Part shown: positions 17,357-28,523 of the stretch, in pieces
How the letters are laid out: the number at the start of each line of letters is the position of its first letter
How positions within the stretch are numbered: the first letter of the stretch is position 1
Assembly: GCA_977020255.1 (NCBI GenBank)
Contig: CDROCS010004085.1
Coordinates: 310,001-374,000 of the forward strand
Direction of reading: 5' to 3'
Origin: Obrimoposthia wandeli
Lineage: Eukaryota
Length of the DNA: 64,000 nucleotides
Program-made: the position numbers and the translations under genes
The notes under the pieces: generated by a model
The model's database searches: none
The model's input: only the letters and a program-made list of their open reading frames with translations
What the model was told of the DNA's origin: nothing

Positions 17357-18922
17357 TTAATTGTTTTGCACTAAACCTGCTTTTTCAGCAGCCTTAGAGG
17401 CATTCATCGTTTCTTCCATTATTTTATCGATAGAGAAACTGGCCACTTCTTGACGTGGTGGAAACTCTTTAAAAGATTTTAGCATTTCAGCGACTTTTGC
17501 TTGTGCTGGTACTAAACGGAATACACGATCAAACATCCAACGATCGTAGCCAAAGCCTTGATCACCTTTTTCGTAAGGGTCAACCTCAAGATCAAAGATC
17601 AGTGGAATTCGTAAGTTCGTGAATTCACGCGTCCACACATCCCAACCTTCATTTTCTTGGATCTTGAAATGCATCTTCCAGCGTCCATCACGTAAAGCCA
17701 ATAAATCACCATCATCAGACCAATAGAAGAACTCTTCACGAGCACTTTTATCTGTTTTATTGGTCAAATAATCTTGTTGGTTATAGCCATCAAGGTGATT
17801 TTTATAAGTACGTCCATTGCTTGCAGTGTAGCTTGTTAGCAGCTGCTCTTTGATATCTTGCTTACCCGCCATTGAAACTAAAGTTGGGAACCAATCTTCA
17901 CCAGCAAACATTTGGTTATACAAGGAACCTGGCTTGATATGACCCGGCCATTTGATCAGTGCTGGTACTCGGAACCCGCCTTCCCAGCCAGTATTTTTCT
18001 CGCCTCGGAATGGACCGAACGATGCGTCAGGCCATGTTGCATTCATTGGCCCATTGTCGGTGGTATAGACCACAATGGTATTATCTGCGATACCGAGGTC
18101 ATCAACTTTCTTTAAAATTTCCCCAATTTGATCGTCATGCTCTACCATAGCATCGGCGTAGAAACCAAGACCGGTACGACCTAAATTACTATTCTTTACA
18201 TGCGTATTTACGTGCATGCGTGTGGTGTTGTACCAAGTAAAGAAAGGTTTATCTGCTTTGACCTGACGTTCCATGAAGTCCATTGCGGCGCCAAGTGTTT
18301 CGTCATCAATGGTTTCCATACGCTTACGGGTTAATGGGCCTGTGTCTTCCATTCGACCATCAGCGAAAGATTTAATAACACCTCTTGGGCCAAATTTTTC
18401 ACGGAATGCAGGATCTTGAGGGTAGTCAGGGTTTTCTGGTTCTTCTTCAGCATTTAAGTGGTAAAGGTTTCCTAAGAACTCATCAAATCCGTTATTGGTT
18501 GGCAACATGTACTCTTTGTCACCAAGATGATTTTTACCAAATTGACCCGTTGCGTAACCCATATCACGTAGTACTTGTGCCATGGTAATGTCTTCAAGCT
18601 GTAAACCTTGGTCAGCACCGGGAAGTCCTACTTTGGTTAGGCCTGTACGGATTGGCATTTGACCTGTAATAAACGCAGAGCGACCAGCAGTACATGATTG
18701 TTGTGCATAGTAAGATGTGAACTTACCGCCTTGGTTGGCAATGCTGTCGATATTCGGTGTTTGATATCCCAACATGCCTTGGTTGTAAGTTGATAGGTTA
18801 CCGTAACCGACATCATCGCCAAAGATGACTAAAATATTGGGTTGTTCAGCAGCATAAGCCGATGCAATACCACATGTTGCCAATGTTGCTGCAACAATGG
18901 ATTTTTTTAATATGTTTACCAA
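17357..18922 (-). CDS. Secreted arylsulfatase (Cys-type, formylglycine dependent)
   Basis: Signal peptide; PNILVIFGDDVG; SCTAGRSAFITG; GKNHLG; TTDNG; TTG start with AGGAGG RBS. Confidence 0.93.
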   Translation of the reverse strand: MVNILKKSIVAATLATCGIASAYAAEQPNILVIFGDDVGYGNLSTYNQGMLGYQTPNIDSIANQGGKFTSYYAQQSCTAGRSAFITGQMPIRTGLTKVGLPGADQGLQLEDITMAQVLRDMGYATGQFGKNHLGDKEYMLPTNNGFDEFLGNLYHLNAEEEPENPDYPQDPAFREKFGPRGVIKSFADGRMEDTGPLTRKRMETIDDETLGAAMDFMERQVKADKPFFTWYNTTRMHVNTHVKNSNLGRTGLGFYADAMVEHDDQIGEILKKVDDLGIADNTIVVYTTDNGPMNATWPDASFGPFRGEKNTGWEGGFRVPALIKWPGHIKPGSLYNQMFAGEDWFPTLVSMAGKQDIKEQLLTSYTASNGRTYKNHLDGYNQQDYLTNKTDKSAREEFFYWSDDGDLLALRDGRWKMHFKIQENEGWDVWTREFTNLRIPLIFDLEVDPYEKGDQGFGYDRWMFDRVFRLVPAQAKVAEMLKSFKEFPPRQEVASFSIDKIMEETMNASKAAEKAGLVQNN

Positions 18923-19649
18923 AGTGACCTCCTGATAAATGGGTCTGAATGGGGATCGCTGTGTATGTTCTAGCGAGACTACAAAGCGTATTGTGGCGCG
19001 ACAGGAGGATTTTCTTGTACGTAAAAACGGAATTAATAGTTAAGGAAGTCTTTAATTGTGGTGTGTGTTCACTAAGTCTAGTTATAAAGCTTTTTTGTCA
19101 CTAATTTGCAAATACAGATCTAGCCAGTAATAAAGAGATGATTAGAACCACTGCAGAGTAAAGGTAAATTGAATTAATATTTGGGAGCAATTTTACGCGC
19201 TATTAGCCTAATTATATTTGAAAATCAGTACGTTTGTACTTTTGCATAACTTTGTGACTAAACCTTTGCGAGAGATATCACGGTATTTTTCATGTCTCTA
19301 ATGACCACCTAATCGGTCGAACATCACAAAACACAACAATATAAGAAATACTTAAATACAAACGCATGTAATTTTGTATGCAATAAGATCGTTTATGTTT
19401 TCACAAACTATCTGCTTTTAGCTTATTTCAGAAAATAATTATTGTGACTAATTTGTTGTATAAATAGACAAAAATTGCCATGTGCCGGCAGAATTGCCAA
19501 AAATATCATTTATCATAATATTCTACTTCTATTTCAATTCGATAGAGTATGGATAATCTCAGCTCTCTACAGTGCCTCGATTTAAGATTAAAATCTTCAT
19601 CCGTCCGATAAATCATATATTTATTATAGTAGTAGCTAAGAAGGCAGAT

Positions 19650-21557
19650 ATGAAAGACCTCTCATTTCGACGTGTTGGTTTTAAGCAACGCATTATATTT
19701 ACTGTTGCTTTACTGGTATCAGCGGCACTATTGGTCACCAATTGGCTGTCTTATAACAACTTTAAAAGCGATAAAATTGCATCGATTGAAGAAAAATCCC
19801 AATTAATTGTAAAAAGTGCAAAACGTGAAGTCGAATTATCGATGCAGACAAAAGTTGACGCACTCAGCTCAAGTAAAGCTTTTTTCCGAACAAATCACTC
19901 AAACAGCGAATATGTTGAGGTTGCAAAGCTGGTCACCGAAGCGGGTGGATATTCCAGTTTTACCGCCGGCTATAGTGATGGCCGCGCCTTTGGTGATTCC
20001 GGTGGTAACAATGGCGTTTTTGATGTTCGTGATTATGATCCACGTACCCGTGATTGGTACAAGCAAGCATTGGCAAAAAATAAAACCATACTGACTGATA
20101 TCTATACCGATGATACCACCGGAGATTTGATGGTGAGCATTGCGACCCCAGTTAACCGCGAGGGTGTAGTGGTTGGTGATATTTCATTGAAAAGTCTTAA
20201 TGACGCTATTAACAGTGTCGATTTCCCCGGCGCGGTGATTTTAATCCTAAGTGAACAATTTTCTCAGCTGGCATCCTCAGATCCTAGTGATGAACTGGGG
20301 AGCTATTTTGGTATTCCAAAATTGGAACAGCAGATGGCAGCCCAAGGCTCTGGTGCGGCTGATTATCAGTGGGCAGGAGCTGATAAGCGTGCTTATTTTT
20401 CCGAAATTCCACTTGTTGACGGAAGTAAATGGTATCTCTACGTTGGCGTTGAAAAATCGGTGGTCTATGCTGATGTTGAAACAGCATTAATTAAAGCATT
20501 ATCAACATCCACTGTTATTCTTATCATTGCGCTCCTGATTGTCATTGTTATATTAAACCAGCTATACCGCCCAATACTCACACTTAAAGATGTGGTACTT
20601 GATCTGTCAAAAGGAAACGGTGATCTCACTCGACGCTTACCGGTTACTAGTCGTGATGATCTAGGCCAAATTTCAGAAGGCGTTAATAGATTTATCGAGA
20701 ATCTGCAATCTTTGATGCTAGAAGTCTCGCAGTCTTCTGATCACATTTCTCGCAGCGTTGATCAGCTTAAAAACCAAGCAGACGCTAACAACAACGTATT
20801 GACTGCTCATGCAACCGAGACGGAGCAAATCGTTACTGCTATTGAGGAGATGAGCGTCACTGCGAATGATGTTGCGAGTAATGCAGCTGAAGCCTCTCAA
20901 TTTACTCATAGAACCAATTCGCAAGTTACAGACTCTAAAAATGTTGTAATCAGCGCTACTACTACGGTATCTCAACTTGTTCAGAACGTCGAAGATACAT
21001 CTATCAGTATTGCTGAAATAGAAAAAGACACCTTGGAGATCACCAATGTGCTGAATGTGATAGGTGAAATCGCCGATCAAACAAACTTACTTGCGTTAAA
21101 TGCTGCCATAGAAGCAGCCCGAGCCGGAGAACAGGGCAGAGGGTTTGCCGTTGTCGCTGATGAGGTAAGGGCATTGGCCGCCAGAACGCAGACGAGTACA
21201 GCTGAAATTGAACAAAAGTTAAATAAATTACGTAACGGTTCAAGTTCAGCAATTTCTGCAATGAAAGCGACTAAATCAACATGCGAGAAAACAGCAGAAA
21301 GTACATCTTTGGTAGAAAATGACCTTGATACTATCGCTCACTCAGTTACCCACATCAATGATCTCAATACCCACATTGCTACCGCAGCCGAACAGCAAAG
21401 CTCTGTTGCGGGTGAAATCACTCGTAACATGGCAGCTATTCGTGAAATCGTCGGGGAGTTATCTTCTAATGGAGAAGCGACAAGCAATGAAACCATCAAT
21501 CTGGCAGCTGCAAATAGTCAGTTAAAATCTGTTGTTGATAAATTTAAATTACAGTAA
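19650..21557 (+). CDS. Methyl-accepting chemotaxis protein with dCache sensor domain
   Basis: TM1, YDPRTRDWY...IYTDDTTG Cache motif, TM2, HAMP (GDLTRRL...DDLG), [34 protein letters not shown]. Confidence 0.95.
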   Translation: MKDLSFRRVGFKQRIIFTVALLVSAALLVTNWLSYNNFKSDKIASIEEKSQLIVKSAKREVELSMQTKVDALSSSKAFFRTNHSNSEYVEVAKLVTEAGGYSSFTAGYSDGRAFGDSGGNNGVFDVRDYDPRTRDWYKQALAKNKTILTDIYTDDTTGDLMVSIATPVNREGVVVGDISLKSLNDAINSVDFPGAVILILSEQFSQLASSDPSDELGSYFGIPKLEQQMAAQGSGAADYQWAGADKRAYFSEIPLVDGSKWYLYVGVEKSVVYADVETALIKALSTSTVILIIALLIVIVILNQLYRPILTLKDVVLDLSKGNGDLTRRLPVTSRDDLGQISEGVNRFIENLQSLMLEVSQSSDHISRSVDQLKNQADANNNVLTAHATETEQIVTAIEEMSVTANDVASNAAEASQFTHRTNSQVTDSKNVVISATTTVSQLVQNVEDTSISIAEIEKDTLEITNVLNVIGEIADQTNLLALNAAIEAARAGEQGRGFAVVADEVRALAARTQTSTAEIEQKLNKLRNGSSSAISAMKATKSTCEKTAESTSLVENDLDTIAHSVTHINDLNTHIATAAEQQSSVAGEITRNMAAIREIVGELSSNGEATSNETINLAAANSQLKSVVDKFKLQ

Positions 21558-21792
21558 ACCGTTTTTCCATAAACAAGTGGATAAGTTAGTCAATTGTTGA
21601 CCATGCAGGGAGCTCATTGTAGCTCCCATGTTTGATCTGAATTTGTTGCAACAACCCCATCTAAAGAGTAAAAAAATATGTACAGCGACTCTGTGAGTTT
21701 ACAGATAACCCAGTTTTAATATGGATAAAAGATTGACTACGAAACAATAAAATATGAAGATCTTCTTCTAATCACTGTCTGTTATTTAAACT

Positions 21793-23787
21793 ATGCCCAA
21801 ACCTTGTATGCCCAAAGCGTTATTTGTTTACTCAAAAATTTGGGTATCTTCTCTGTTACTTGTCTTGTCATTGAATGTACAGGCTGAAGAGTCACCGCTT
21901 ATTCCCCCTTTTATTGCCAATAAATTAACAGCGCAAGATCGATCTTTATTCTCAATCTATCAATTATCTGATAGCGAACCTGAAGTCGCGCGTAAGAAAC
22001 TGTCTAATTTTTCATTAAAGCAGCTCGAAAAAAAAGATGATATGCGACAAGCCCTTTATTATTTGACAATTTTCCGCTTAGAAGGGGCACTCGGTTCGAC
22101 TGAAATATGGGCGGGTAATAAATATACAGAAGACTACATTGCGAAATTAACGTCTTTAGGCGAACGAGTAGAGCAAAGCTGGATGATGGGTGAGGCAACA
22201 TTAGAGCAAGCGATTGAATTTATTGAGGTCGGTGAGTACGAACAAGCTTTTCAACATATAACGTTAGTTATTGAAATCGCTAAGCAAGAAAAGTATCAGC
22301 ATTTACTGGCTCGGGCGATGAAATGGCGCGCCAATATATATGTTGAATCATCAGCCTATCCTAAAGCGATGGATGATTATCGCTCGGCGTTAGAAATCTT
22401 CACTCAACAAAAAGATCAGATTCAACAAGCAAGAGTATTGTCTAATATTTCAACGGTCTATTTTCGTTTAGAAGAGTGGCAGAAGGCCGATAAATATAGT
22501 CGCCGTGCATTTAAACTAATTGATAAAGTGAATTTTGATAATCCAGGCGTTAAAGCAATGCTGCATATTAATGCTGGAATTATTGCTAAAAATTTGAATA
22601 AACCTGAATTAGAATCAGAGCATCTTCGCGCTGCTGTCAAATTATCGACCGAAAAAGGGTCACGTTATGCTCAGATATATGCGCTTTCCAATCTGGTTAC
22701 TTTATTGCTCCAAGAAGATGAGCTAGAAACTGCGATAGCAAGTGCCCAACGCTGCTTGGTGCTTGCAAACGAAGTTTCAGACAAGGTTGGTATGGTGTAT
22801 TGCAATGAAGCTGTTGCTGAAACCTATTTGAAACAGCAGTGGTACGATGAAGCGTTAGCATTGTCTGAAAAGGTTTTAGCGCAATTTGAAATAATGAATA
22901 ATAGAAAGAAATCTATTTTATTGAAGGAATTTATTTCAAAAATTCATGAAGAACGTGGAGACTATAAGCAAGCCCTCGTTTTTTATAAGCAATATACCGA
23001 CGAAGGTAAAGATTACTTATTTGATGAACGCCGTAAGCAGCTGTTTGCCCTTCAAGAAAGCTATGAGGCTAAAAATAAAGAAACTGAAATTGAATTACTA
23101 ACCTATGAAAATGCCTTGAAGACAGCCCGTTTATCACAACAGAAAACCTTAGATCAATTATGGTTGCTGGTTGCGCTTATTTTTTGTTTAGTGATTTATC
23201 TTCTTTATCGTCGCTATGTGTCTGTCGCTAAAACCAACTTTAGTCTGCGTCGTTCTAATGCCACGTTAGCATCACAATCTTTGGAAGACCCTTTAACAGG
23301 ATTGCACAACAGGAGGTATTTAGAACAGTGGTTAGATACTGCTAAGCAGAAGCGCCAATTAGATGCCTATAATTTGGTTGTGCTTGTGGTCGATGTGGAT
23401 CATTTCAAAAAAGTGAATGACAGCTATGGTCATGAGATTGGTGATAATGTGCTTACTGAGGTTGCACACCGTTTAAAAGATAACGCGCGTAGCCATAATG
23501 ATTTAGTTATACGCTGGGGAGGGGAGGAGTTTGTACTCGTTTTAGCATTAACCCCCGAGTCGGATATTGAATTTGTACTAAACCGCTTACGTGAATCTAT
23601 CGCGTCGACCCCGATAATAAGTGCCGACCACGAATTGACTGTGACTGTTTCAATTGGTGCCATCGGTGGTATTAAGGGCGATGTGATATATGAACAATGG
23701 GATGCGCTGTTAGCACAGGCTGATAAAGCATTATATAACGCCAAATCGTCAGGGCGAAATTGCGTTAAGTTAGTGGGTACATACTAG
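21793..23787 (+). CDS. TPR-repeat membrane-anchored diguanylate cyclase
   Basis: Signal or TM segment, TPR-like helices, TM, DPLTGLHNRR, DVDHFKKVNDSYGH, RWGGEEF. Confidence 0.92.
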   Translation: MPKPCMPKALFVYSKIWVSSLLLVLSLNVQAEESPLIPPFIANKLTAQDRSLFSIYQLSDSEPEVARKKLSNFSLKQLEKKDDMRQALYYLTIFRLEGALGSTEIWAGNKYTEDYIAKLTSLGERVEQSWMMGEATLEQAIEFIEVGEYEQAFQHITLVIEIAKQEKYQHLLARAMKWRANIYVESSAYPKAMDDYRSALEIFTQQKDQIQQARVLSNISTVYFRLEEWQKADKYSRRAFKLIDKVNFDNPGVKAMLHINAGIIAKNLNKPELESEHLRAAVKLSTEKGSRYAQIYALSNLVTLLLQEDELETAIASAQRCLVLANEVSDKVGMVYCNEAVAETYLKQQWYDEALALSEKVLAQFEIMNNRKKSILLKEFISKIHEERGDYKQALVFYKQYTDEGKDYLFDERRKQLFALQESYEAKNKETEIELLTYENALKTARLSQQKTLDQLWLLVALIFCLVIYLLYRRYVSVAKTNFSLRRSNATLASQSLEDPLTGLHNRRYLEQWLDTAKQKRQLDAYNLVVLVVDVDHFKKVNDSYGHEIGDNVLTEVAHRLKDNARSHNDLVIRWGGEEFVLVLALTPESDIEFVLNRLRESIASTPIISADHELTVTVSIGAIGGIKGDVIYEQWDALLAQADKALYNAKSSGRNCVKLVGTY

Positions 23788-23939
23788 TGAAATATTGTGC
23801 ATTGGTGTTGTTGTTTTATTTTAGTCATATATTCAACCTGCGGTTTAAATCACGGTAAATGAAAGATTCATTTACCGTGTTGGTATTATGATACGACCTT
23901 TTATGTGATCGCTTTCTTTGGCTGATTTATTTGGCTTTT

Positions 23940-24929
23940 TTAGTCGATGGGTTGATTTACATCGTGACGGGCTAACCACCATTTTTCAGCCAATGCTAAT
24001 GCCGATTCTTGTGTTTCGCATAGACCCATTAATTTTAGTGTGATGGCCAATGTTGAGATAACCGCATGGCTACCGTAGTTATTATCCTCTTCACCTAGCC
24101 ACACTTTTTGCAGGTACTCACCGCTTATTTCTCCGTGTTTACCAGAGGCACCTTCAAGGAATGTTGGCCACTCTTCGTCGAAACGTTCACCGTTAATGAC
24201 ACCCGCTAACCGGCATGCAATGCGTGGGCTACGTTCGCTTTCACCGCCTTCACCTTTAAAAGCCACCATATTGTTATCACCTACCAGTGCGGCAGCATCG
24301 GCATGCAGTTTTTCATAACCTTGGTGGAATATACCGTGAATAGAAAAAGGGGCAGCGGTTGGGTTTAGCGCCCGTGCGACAGTATTTAATGGTGTACGTA
24401 ACCCTACTTGACTACGCAGTGCTAATAAATCCACTAACGGGTCGCAATAGGATGAAAGCGGCACATAACAAATATTATCAAGCGCTAAAATGGCTTCTGC
24501 TTCTTCAGCGGTGTTTGCTTGGCGAATATTTAAAGCTGGGCAGGCTGTCTCTATTTGGTATTTCACCATATCAATGGCGGCATGACCGTGAAGGAAAACG
24601 CGCTTGCCATTTTGCGCTAATATTTTTGCGGCTAATAATAACCACGGTGGTTGGCGTCGTTTACCGGCGAAGCATGGCCAATCAAGGTCAACATCAATGG
24701 ATTGCCATTGCGGTGAAATACGAGAACGTAACGCTTCTATATATCCAGCAGCCTCCTCACCCGTTTCACAACGAACACGTTGCAGCATAAGCAATACCGC
24801 AAGCTGAAGCAGCTCTGCTTTACCATCGAGGTACATATTTAACGCTTCACGCGCTTCTTCTTGTGTAAGCGAGCGACGGCCTTTTTCACCGCGCCCAACA
24901 TGTTTAATAAATTCTGAAAAGGCTGTCAT
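23940..24929 (-). CDS. Glycosyl transferase family 3 / YbiB-like (TrpD-like fold) protein
   Basis: IKHVGRGEKGRRSLTQEEA, RVRCET.EE..G, DLDWPCFAGKRR, GLRTPLNT, FKGEGGESER. Confidence 0.8.
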   Translation of the reverse strand: MTAFSEFIKHVGRGEKGRRSLTQEEAREALNMYLDGKAELLQLAVLLMLQRVRCETGEEAAGYIEALRSRISPQWQSIDVDLDWPCFAGKRRQPPWLLLAAKILAQNGKRVFLHGHAAIDMVKYQIETACPALNIRQANTAEEAEAILALDNICYVPLSSYCDPLVDLLALRSQVGLRTPLNTVARALNPTAAPFSIHGIFHQGYEKLHADAAALVGDNNMVAFKGEGGESERSPRIACRLAGVINGERFDEEWPTFLEGASGKHGEISGEYLQKVWLGEEDNNYGSHAVISTLAITLKLMGLCETQESALALAEKWWLARHDVNQPID

Positions 24930-25155
24930 GCTTTATCCCTGCAATGAACGTATTTCCTATTTGTGCAGTTTTATGACTGAAAATCAATGTTTAATCCCAA
25001 TCTAGACAAGTTCCTGATCATCCTTGCTGGTTAAATTGCTGCTCAGCAGAGGGGAGGTACTGCAATGTACTGTCACTTCCGAATCTGGCTAGCTTAATTT
25101 GGTATAGTCTTTAGACTTAGTTTTAAGGAATGAGCAATTATATTGAGTTGGTTGT

Positions 25156-26700
25156 ATGAACACGGAATTGATAGTAGATAACGTCCCATTAAATAAACCA
25201 GCCTTGTCTGATGAGCAATGCCGTGAAGCGCGGTTATCACGTGATGTTCGTTATGATGGGCTGTTCTTTATTGCGGTAAAAACGACGGGTATTTACTGCC
25301 GTTCTATTTGTCCGGCACGCGCGCCATTAGAGAAAAATGTTGAGTATTTTCAATCGGCAGTCATTGCTGCCAATAAAGGGTATCGGCCTTGTTTACGTTG
25401 TCGCCCTGATAGTGCGCCCGGGTCACCAGCGTGGCAAGGTAAAAATACGACGTTGCACCGAGCGATACATTTGATTGATGAAGGTGCATTACAACAACAG
25501 TCATTGGCTGAGTTGGCTGAACGGTTAGGCATTAGCGATCGTTATTTACGCATGTTGTTTCAGCAAGAGCTTGGTTTATCACCGATTGCTTATTCCCATT
25601 ACCAACAGTGTTTGTTTGCCAAAAAGTTATTGCATGATACGCAATTGAACATCACCAGTATTGCGCTTGCCAGTGGCTTTAATAGTGTTCGTCGATTTAA
25701 TGATTGCTTCAAGAAACTGTTTTCACTTACTCCGACTCAAGTACGAAAAAATGCCGTAGATAATAAGCATGATCAGGCTGAAGATATCGTCATCACGTTA
25801 TCGTACCGACCACCCTATAATTGGCGACATCTCCAGCAGTTTTATGCCGCACGTATTATAGAAGGGCTAGAGTGGTGTGATGAAAATAGCTACGGGCGTA
25901 CTTTTAGCTATGACTCTGTAGATGGCTTTCATTCGGTACCAAGCACAGGGGAAAGAATAGGTGATAGTGAAACGCCATTCGATTGTATTGGCGAATTTAC
26001 CGCGTTTCATATACCTGAAAAATCGGAATTCTCGGTACGAATCCAGCTTTCTGATTTACGTTATCTGAATCGTGTTATTCGTAATATCCGACGATGTTTA
26101 GATTTAGATGCCGATATCGAGCACATTGAATTACGATTAAAACGTGCTCTTAATACTGAGGTGTTGGCGATTTCTGGTTTGCGTTTACCGGGTGTGTGGA
26201 GCCCTTTTGAAGCGGGAATTAGAGCGATACTCGGTCAGCAAGTTTCTGTACAAGCAGCAAGAAATTTAGTGACTAAAGTGGTGGGAAATAACCCTATTAA
26301 TACTGATGAGCGGTGTTATTTCCCTTTGCCTCAACAGCTTATTGGTGATGAACTCTCTTATTTGAAAATGCCAGGAAAACGCAAAGAAACAATCCGATTA
26401 TTTGCGGATTACGCACGTGATAAACCATTAGATGATAGCAAAGCGTTATTAGCCATTGCGGGTATTGGGCCGTGGACGGTACATTATTTACGCATGAGGG
26501 GGTTAAGTGATCCTGATATTTTTCTGATTGGTGATCTAGGCATTAAGAAAGCGTTGGTCAAGATGAATGAGGCGTTTTCACCCGATGCAGCAACGCCATG
26601 GCGCAGTTATTTAACCCTTTATTTATGGAGTGCTGATCTTGATTCAGCCACAGTGCCGATTGCGAATAACAGCCTTATAACGGAGAACGATCATGTTTAA
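25156..26700 (+). CDS. alkA: Ada-AlkA fusion (Ada Zn domain, AraC HTH, AlkA 3-methyladenine glycosylase)
   Basis: TTGIYCRSICP and RPCLRCRP Zn ligands; LSYRPPYNW; RAILGQQVSV; HhH-GPD GIGPWT...GDLG. Confidence 0.93.
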   Translation: MNTELIVDNVPLNKPALSDEQCREARLSRDVRYDGLFFIAVKTTGIYCRSICPARAPLEKNVEYFQSAVIAANKGYRPCLRCRPDSAPGSPAWQGKNTTLHRAIHLIDEGALQQQSLAELAERLGISDRYLRMLFQQELGLSPIAYSHYQQCLFAKKLLHDTQLNITSIALASGFNSVRRFNDCFKKLFSLTPTQVRKNAVDNKHDQAEDIVITLSYRPPYNWRHLQQFYAARIIEGLEWCDENSYGRTFSYDSVDGFHSVPSTGERIGDSETPFDCIGEFTAFHIPEKSEFSVRIQLSDLRYLNRVIRNIRRCLDLDADIEHIELRLKRALNTEVLAISGLRLPGVWSPFEAGIRAILGQQVSVQAARNLVTKVVGNNPINTDERCYFPLPQQLIGDELSYLKMPGKRKETIRLFADYARDKPLDDSKALLAIAGIGPWTVHYLRMRGLSDPDIFLIGDLGIKKALVKMNEAFSPDAATPWRSYLTLYLWSADLDSATVPIANNSLITENDHV

Positions 26701-27157
26701 TCAGTTAATACATACCCCAATAGGTTGGCTTAATATTAAAGCGAGCGACAAAGGCGTGGTTGCCATTGAATTTAATGCCGACCAAGCAGCCCCGCAAAAA
26801 AGGAATACTGTGACTCAACAGTGTTTTGAGCAGCTGAGTGAGTATTTTACCGGTGTTCGTAAAGTCTTTTCAGTATCCCTAGATATGCAAGGCACAGCTT
26901 TTCAGAATCAAGTGTGGTTGGCATTAGAACAGATCGACTTTGGGCAAACGTGTTCGTATACCGATATTGCGATTGGCGTGGGCAGCCCGAAAGCCGTGCG
27001 TGCTGTCGGTGCTGCGAATGGTCGCAACCCTGTGCCTATCATCGTGCCTTGCCACCGTGTGATTGGACGAAGCGGAAAGCTAACGGGTTACGCTGGTGGC
27101 GTTGATACCAAGGCATGGTTACTTACCCATGAAGGTGCCGATTTCATCTCAACATAA
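26693..27157 (+). CDS. ogt: Methylated-DNA--protein-cysteine methyltransferase
   Basis: GTAFQ, RAVGAANGRNP, PCHRV active site. Confidence 0.95.
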   Translation: MFNQLIHTPIGWLNIKASDKGVVAIEFNADQAAPQKRNTVTQQCFEQLSEYFTGVRKVFSVSLDMQGTAFQNQVWLALEQIDFGQTCSYTDIAIGVGSPKAVRAVGAANGRNPVPIIVPCHRVIGRSGKLTGYAGGVDTKAWLLTHEGADFIST

Positions 27158-27294
27158 ATCTGTCTTCAACTACTGAGATTAGTACTTAAGCATAAGTGAT
27201 AGGTATTAGAATAAGCAGAAGTGGTAATTATATGCAGCCTGTCTAGGCTTAATGGTATTGCAGTAGAGGTAATGTTAACCAAGAGGAATGAAAA

Positions 27295-27486
27295 ATGAAG
27301 AAACTATTATTGTTACTGAGTTTGGTGGTAATTATTGGTCTTGGTGGGCTTTTATTTAATTCTGTCGAAACGCAATCGAAGATCGACATCTGTTTGGATA
27401 ATGGCGGTAGCTTTAATTATCAAACGTGTGAGTGTGATTATGAAAATAGCCACCCGTATGAAAGTGATAATCAGTGTGATGGGTAG
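27295..27486 (+). CDS. Small membrane-anchored Cys-rich hypothetical protein
   Basis: GAGG RBS; N-terminal hydrophobic helix; C-LDNGG-x5-CxC...C. Confidence 0.7.
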   Translation: MKKLLLLLSLVVIIGLGGLLFNSVETQSKIDICLDNGGSFNYQTCECDYENSHPYESDNQCDG

Positions 27487-27590
27487 CGATAGTCGTGGTG
27501 GTCAAATTCACCGTACCGCTGTACGTAGAGAATTTAACTTGGGTATAAAGCCTATTTCGACAGAGCCTAACAGCTTTTAGGAAACTGAAT

Positions 27591-28373
27591 ATGAAGGTTC
27601 AATACTTTTTTCATCGTGCAACAGGGACACTGACGTATCTTGTATCGGACAGTGGAGAGGCTGTGATCATAGACCCAGTCCTCGATTATAGCAAAGGCAA
27701 GATAGCAACGATGTCACTGCAACAAGTGATTAACGCTGTCAAAGAGCAGGGGTTAGCACTCAAATATATTCTTGAGACACACATTCACGCAGACCATTTA
27801 TCAGCTGCACTGGCAGTCAAGGATGCACTTAGTGGTAAAATAGCCATTAGCCGAAAGATAACTGATGTGTATGATACTTGGTCGTCAAAAGTGAATTGTC
27901 AGCCGTTAGCACAATTTGATGCGCTATTGGATGAAGGCGATGAGCTTAGTTTGGGTAGGGGAAAGGTGTCAGTATTGTCAACGCCGGGTCATACGCCAGC
28001 GGATCTGACCTATCATATCGGCGACAGTATTTTTGTTGGCGATACGTTATTTGCACCCAAACGCGGGACAGGAAGGGCGGATTTTCCCGGTGGAAGCGCT
28101 AAAGACTTGTATCAGTCTATTTCACGTCTCTTTGAGCTGCCTGAAGACACGCATGTGTATTTGTGTCATGACTACCCCTCTGAAAATGAAGAGCCTGAAC
28201 TTTGTTCATCACTCTCGACACAGAAGAGTGACAACGTAATGATTAATACGTCGGTGACAGAAGAGCAGTACATCGATATACGATCAAAAAGGGATAGCAA
28301 TCTGGCAACACCAAAACTGTTGGATGTGGCTATTCCGTTTAATCTTACGTATCAGTTGCCAAGTATTGCCTGA
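27591..28373 (+). CDS. MBL-fold metallo-hydrolase (persulfide dioxygenase/Blh-like)
   Basis: ETHIHADH, TPGHT, FVGDTLF, GTGRADFPGG, LCHDY. Confidence 0.9.
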   Translation: MKVQYFFHRATGTLTYLVSDSGEAVIIDPVLDYSKGKIATMSLQQVINAVKEQGLALKYILETHIHADHLSAALAVKDALSGKIAISRKITDVYDTWSSKVNCQPLAQFDALLDEGDELSLGRGKVSVLSTPGHTPADLTYHIGDSIFVGDTLFAPKRGTGRADFPGGSAKDLYQSISRLFELPEDTHVYLCHDYPSENEEPELCSSLSTQKSDNVMINTSVTEEQYIDIRSKRDSNLATPKLLDVAIPFNLTYQLPSIA

Positions 28374-28523
28374 ACACAAAGGCCGTATGATAAAAAGTTA
28401 GAGAAACCACACGTAACTATTCAGTTCCACGTGTGATTTTCGATACGCTTTTCCTCATGAGGCCTTTTTTTGCATAACCTAATTGCGGTGATACGTGAAC
28501 TCTACCTGTGTCAGATATGACTG

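Noticed and set aside
27158-27590. Integron cassette (attC) around the 63-aa gene
   Set aside because: No RYYYAAC...GTTRRRY inverted core pair recognised and no integrase in the window.
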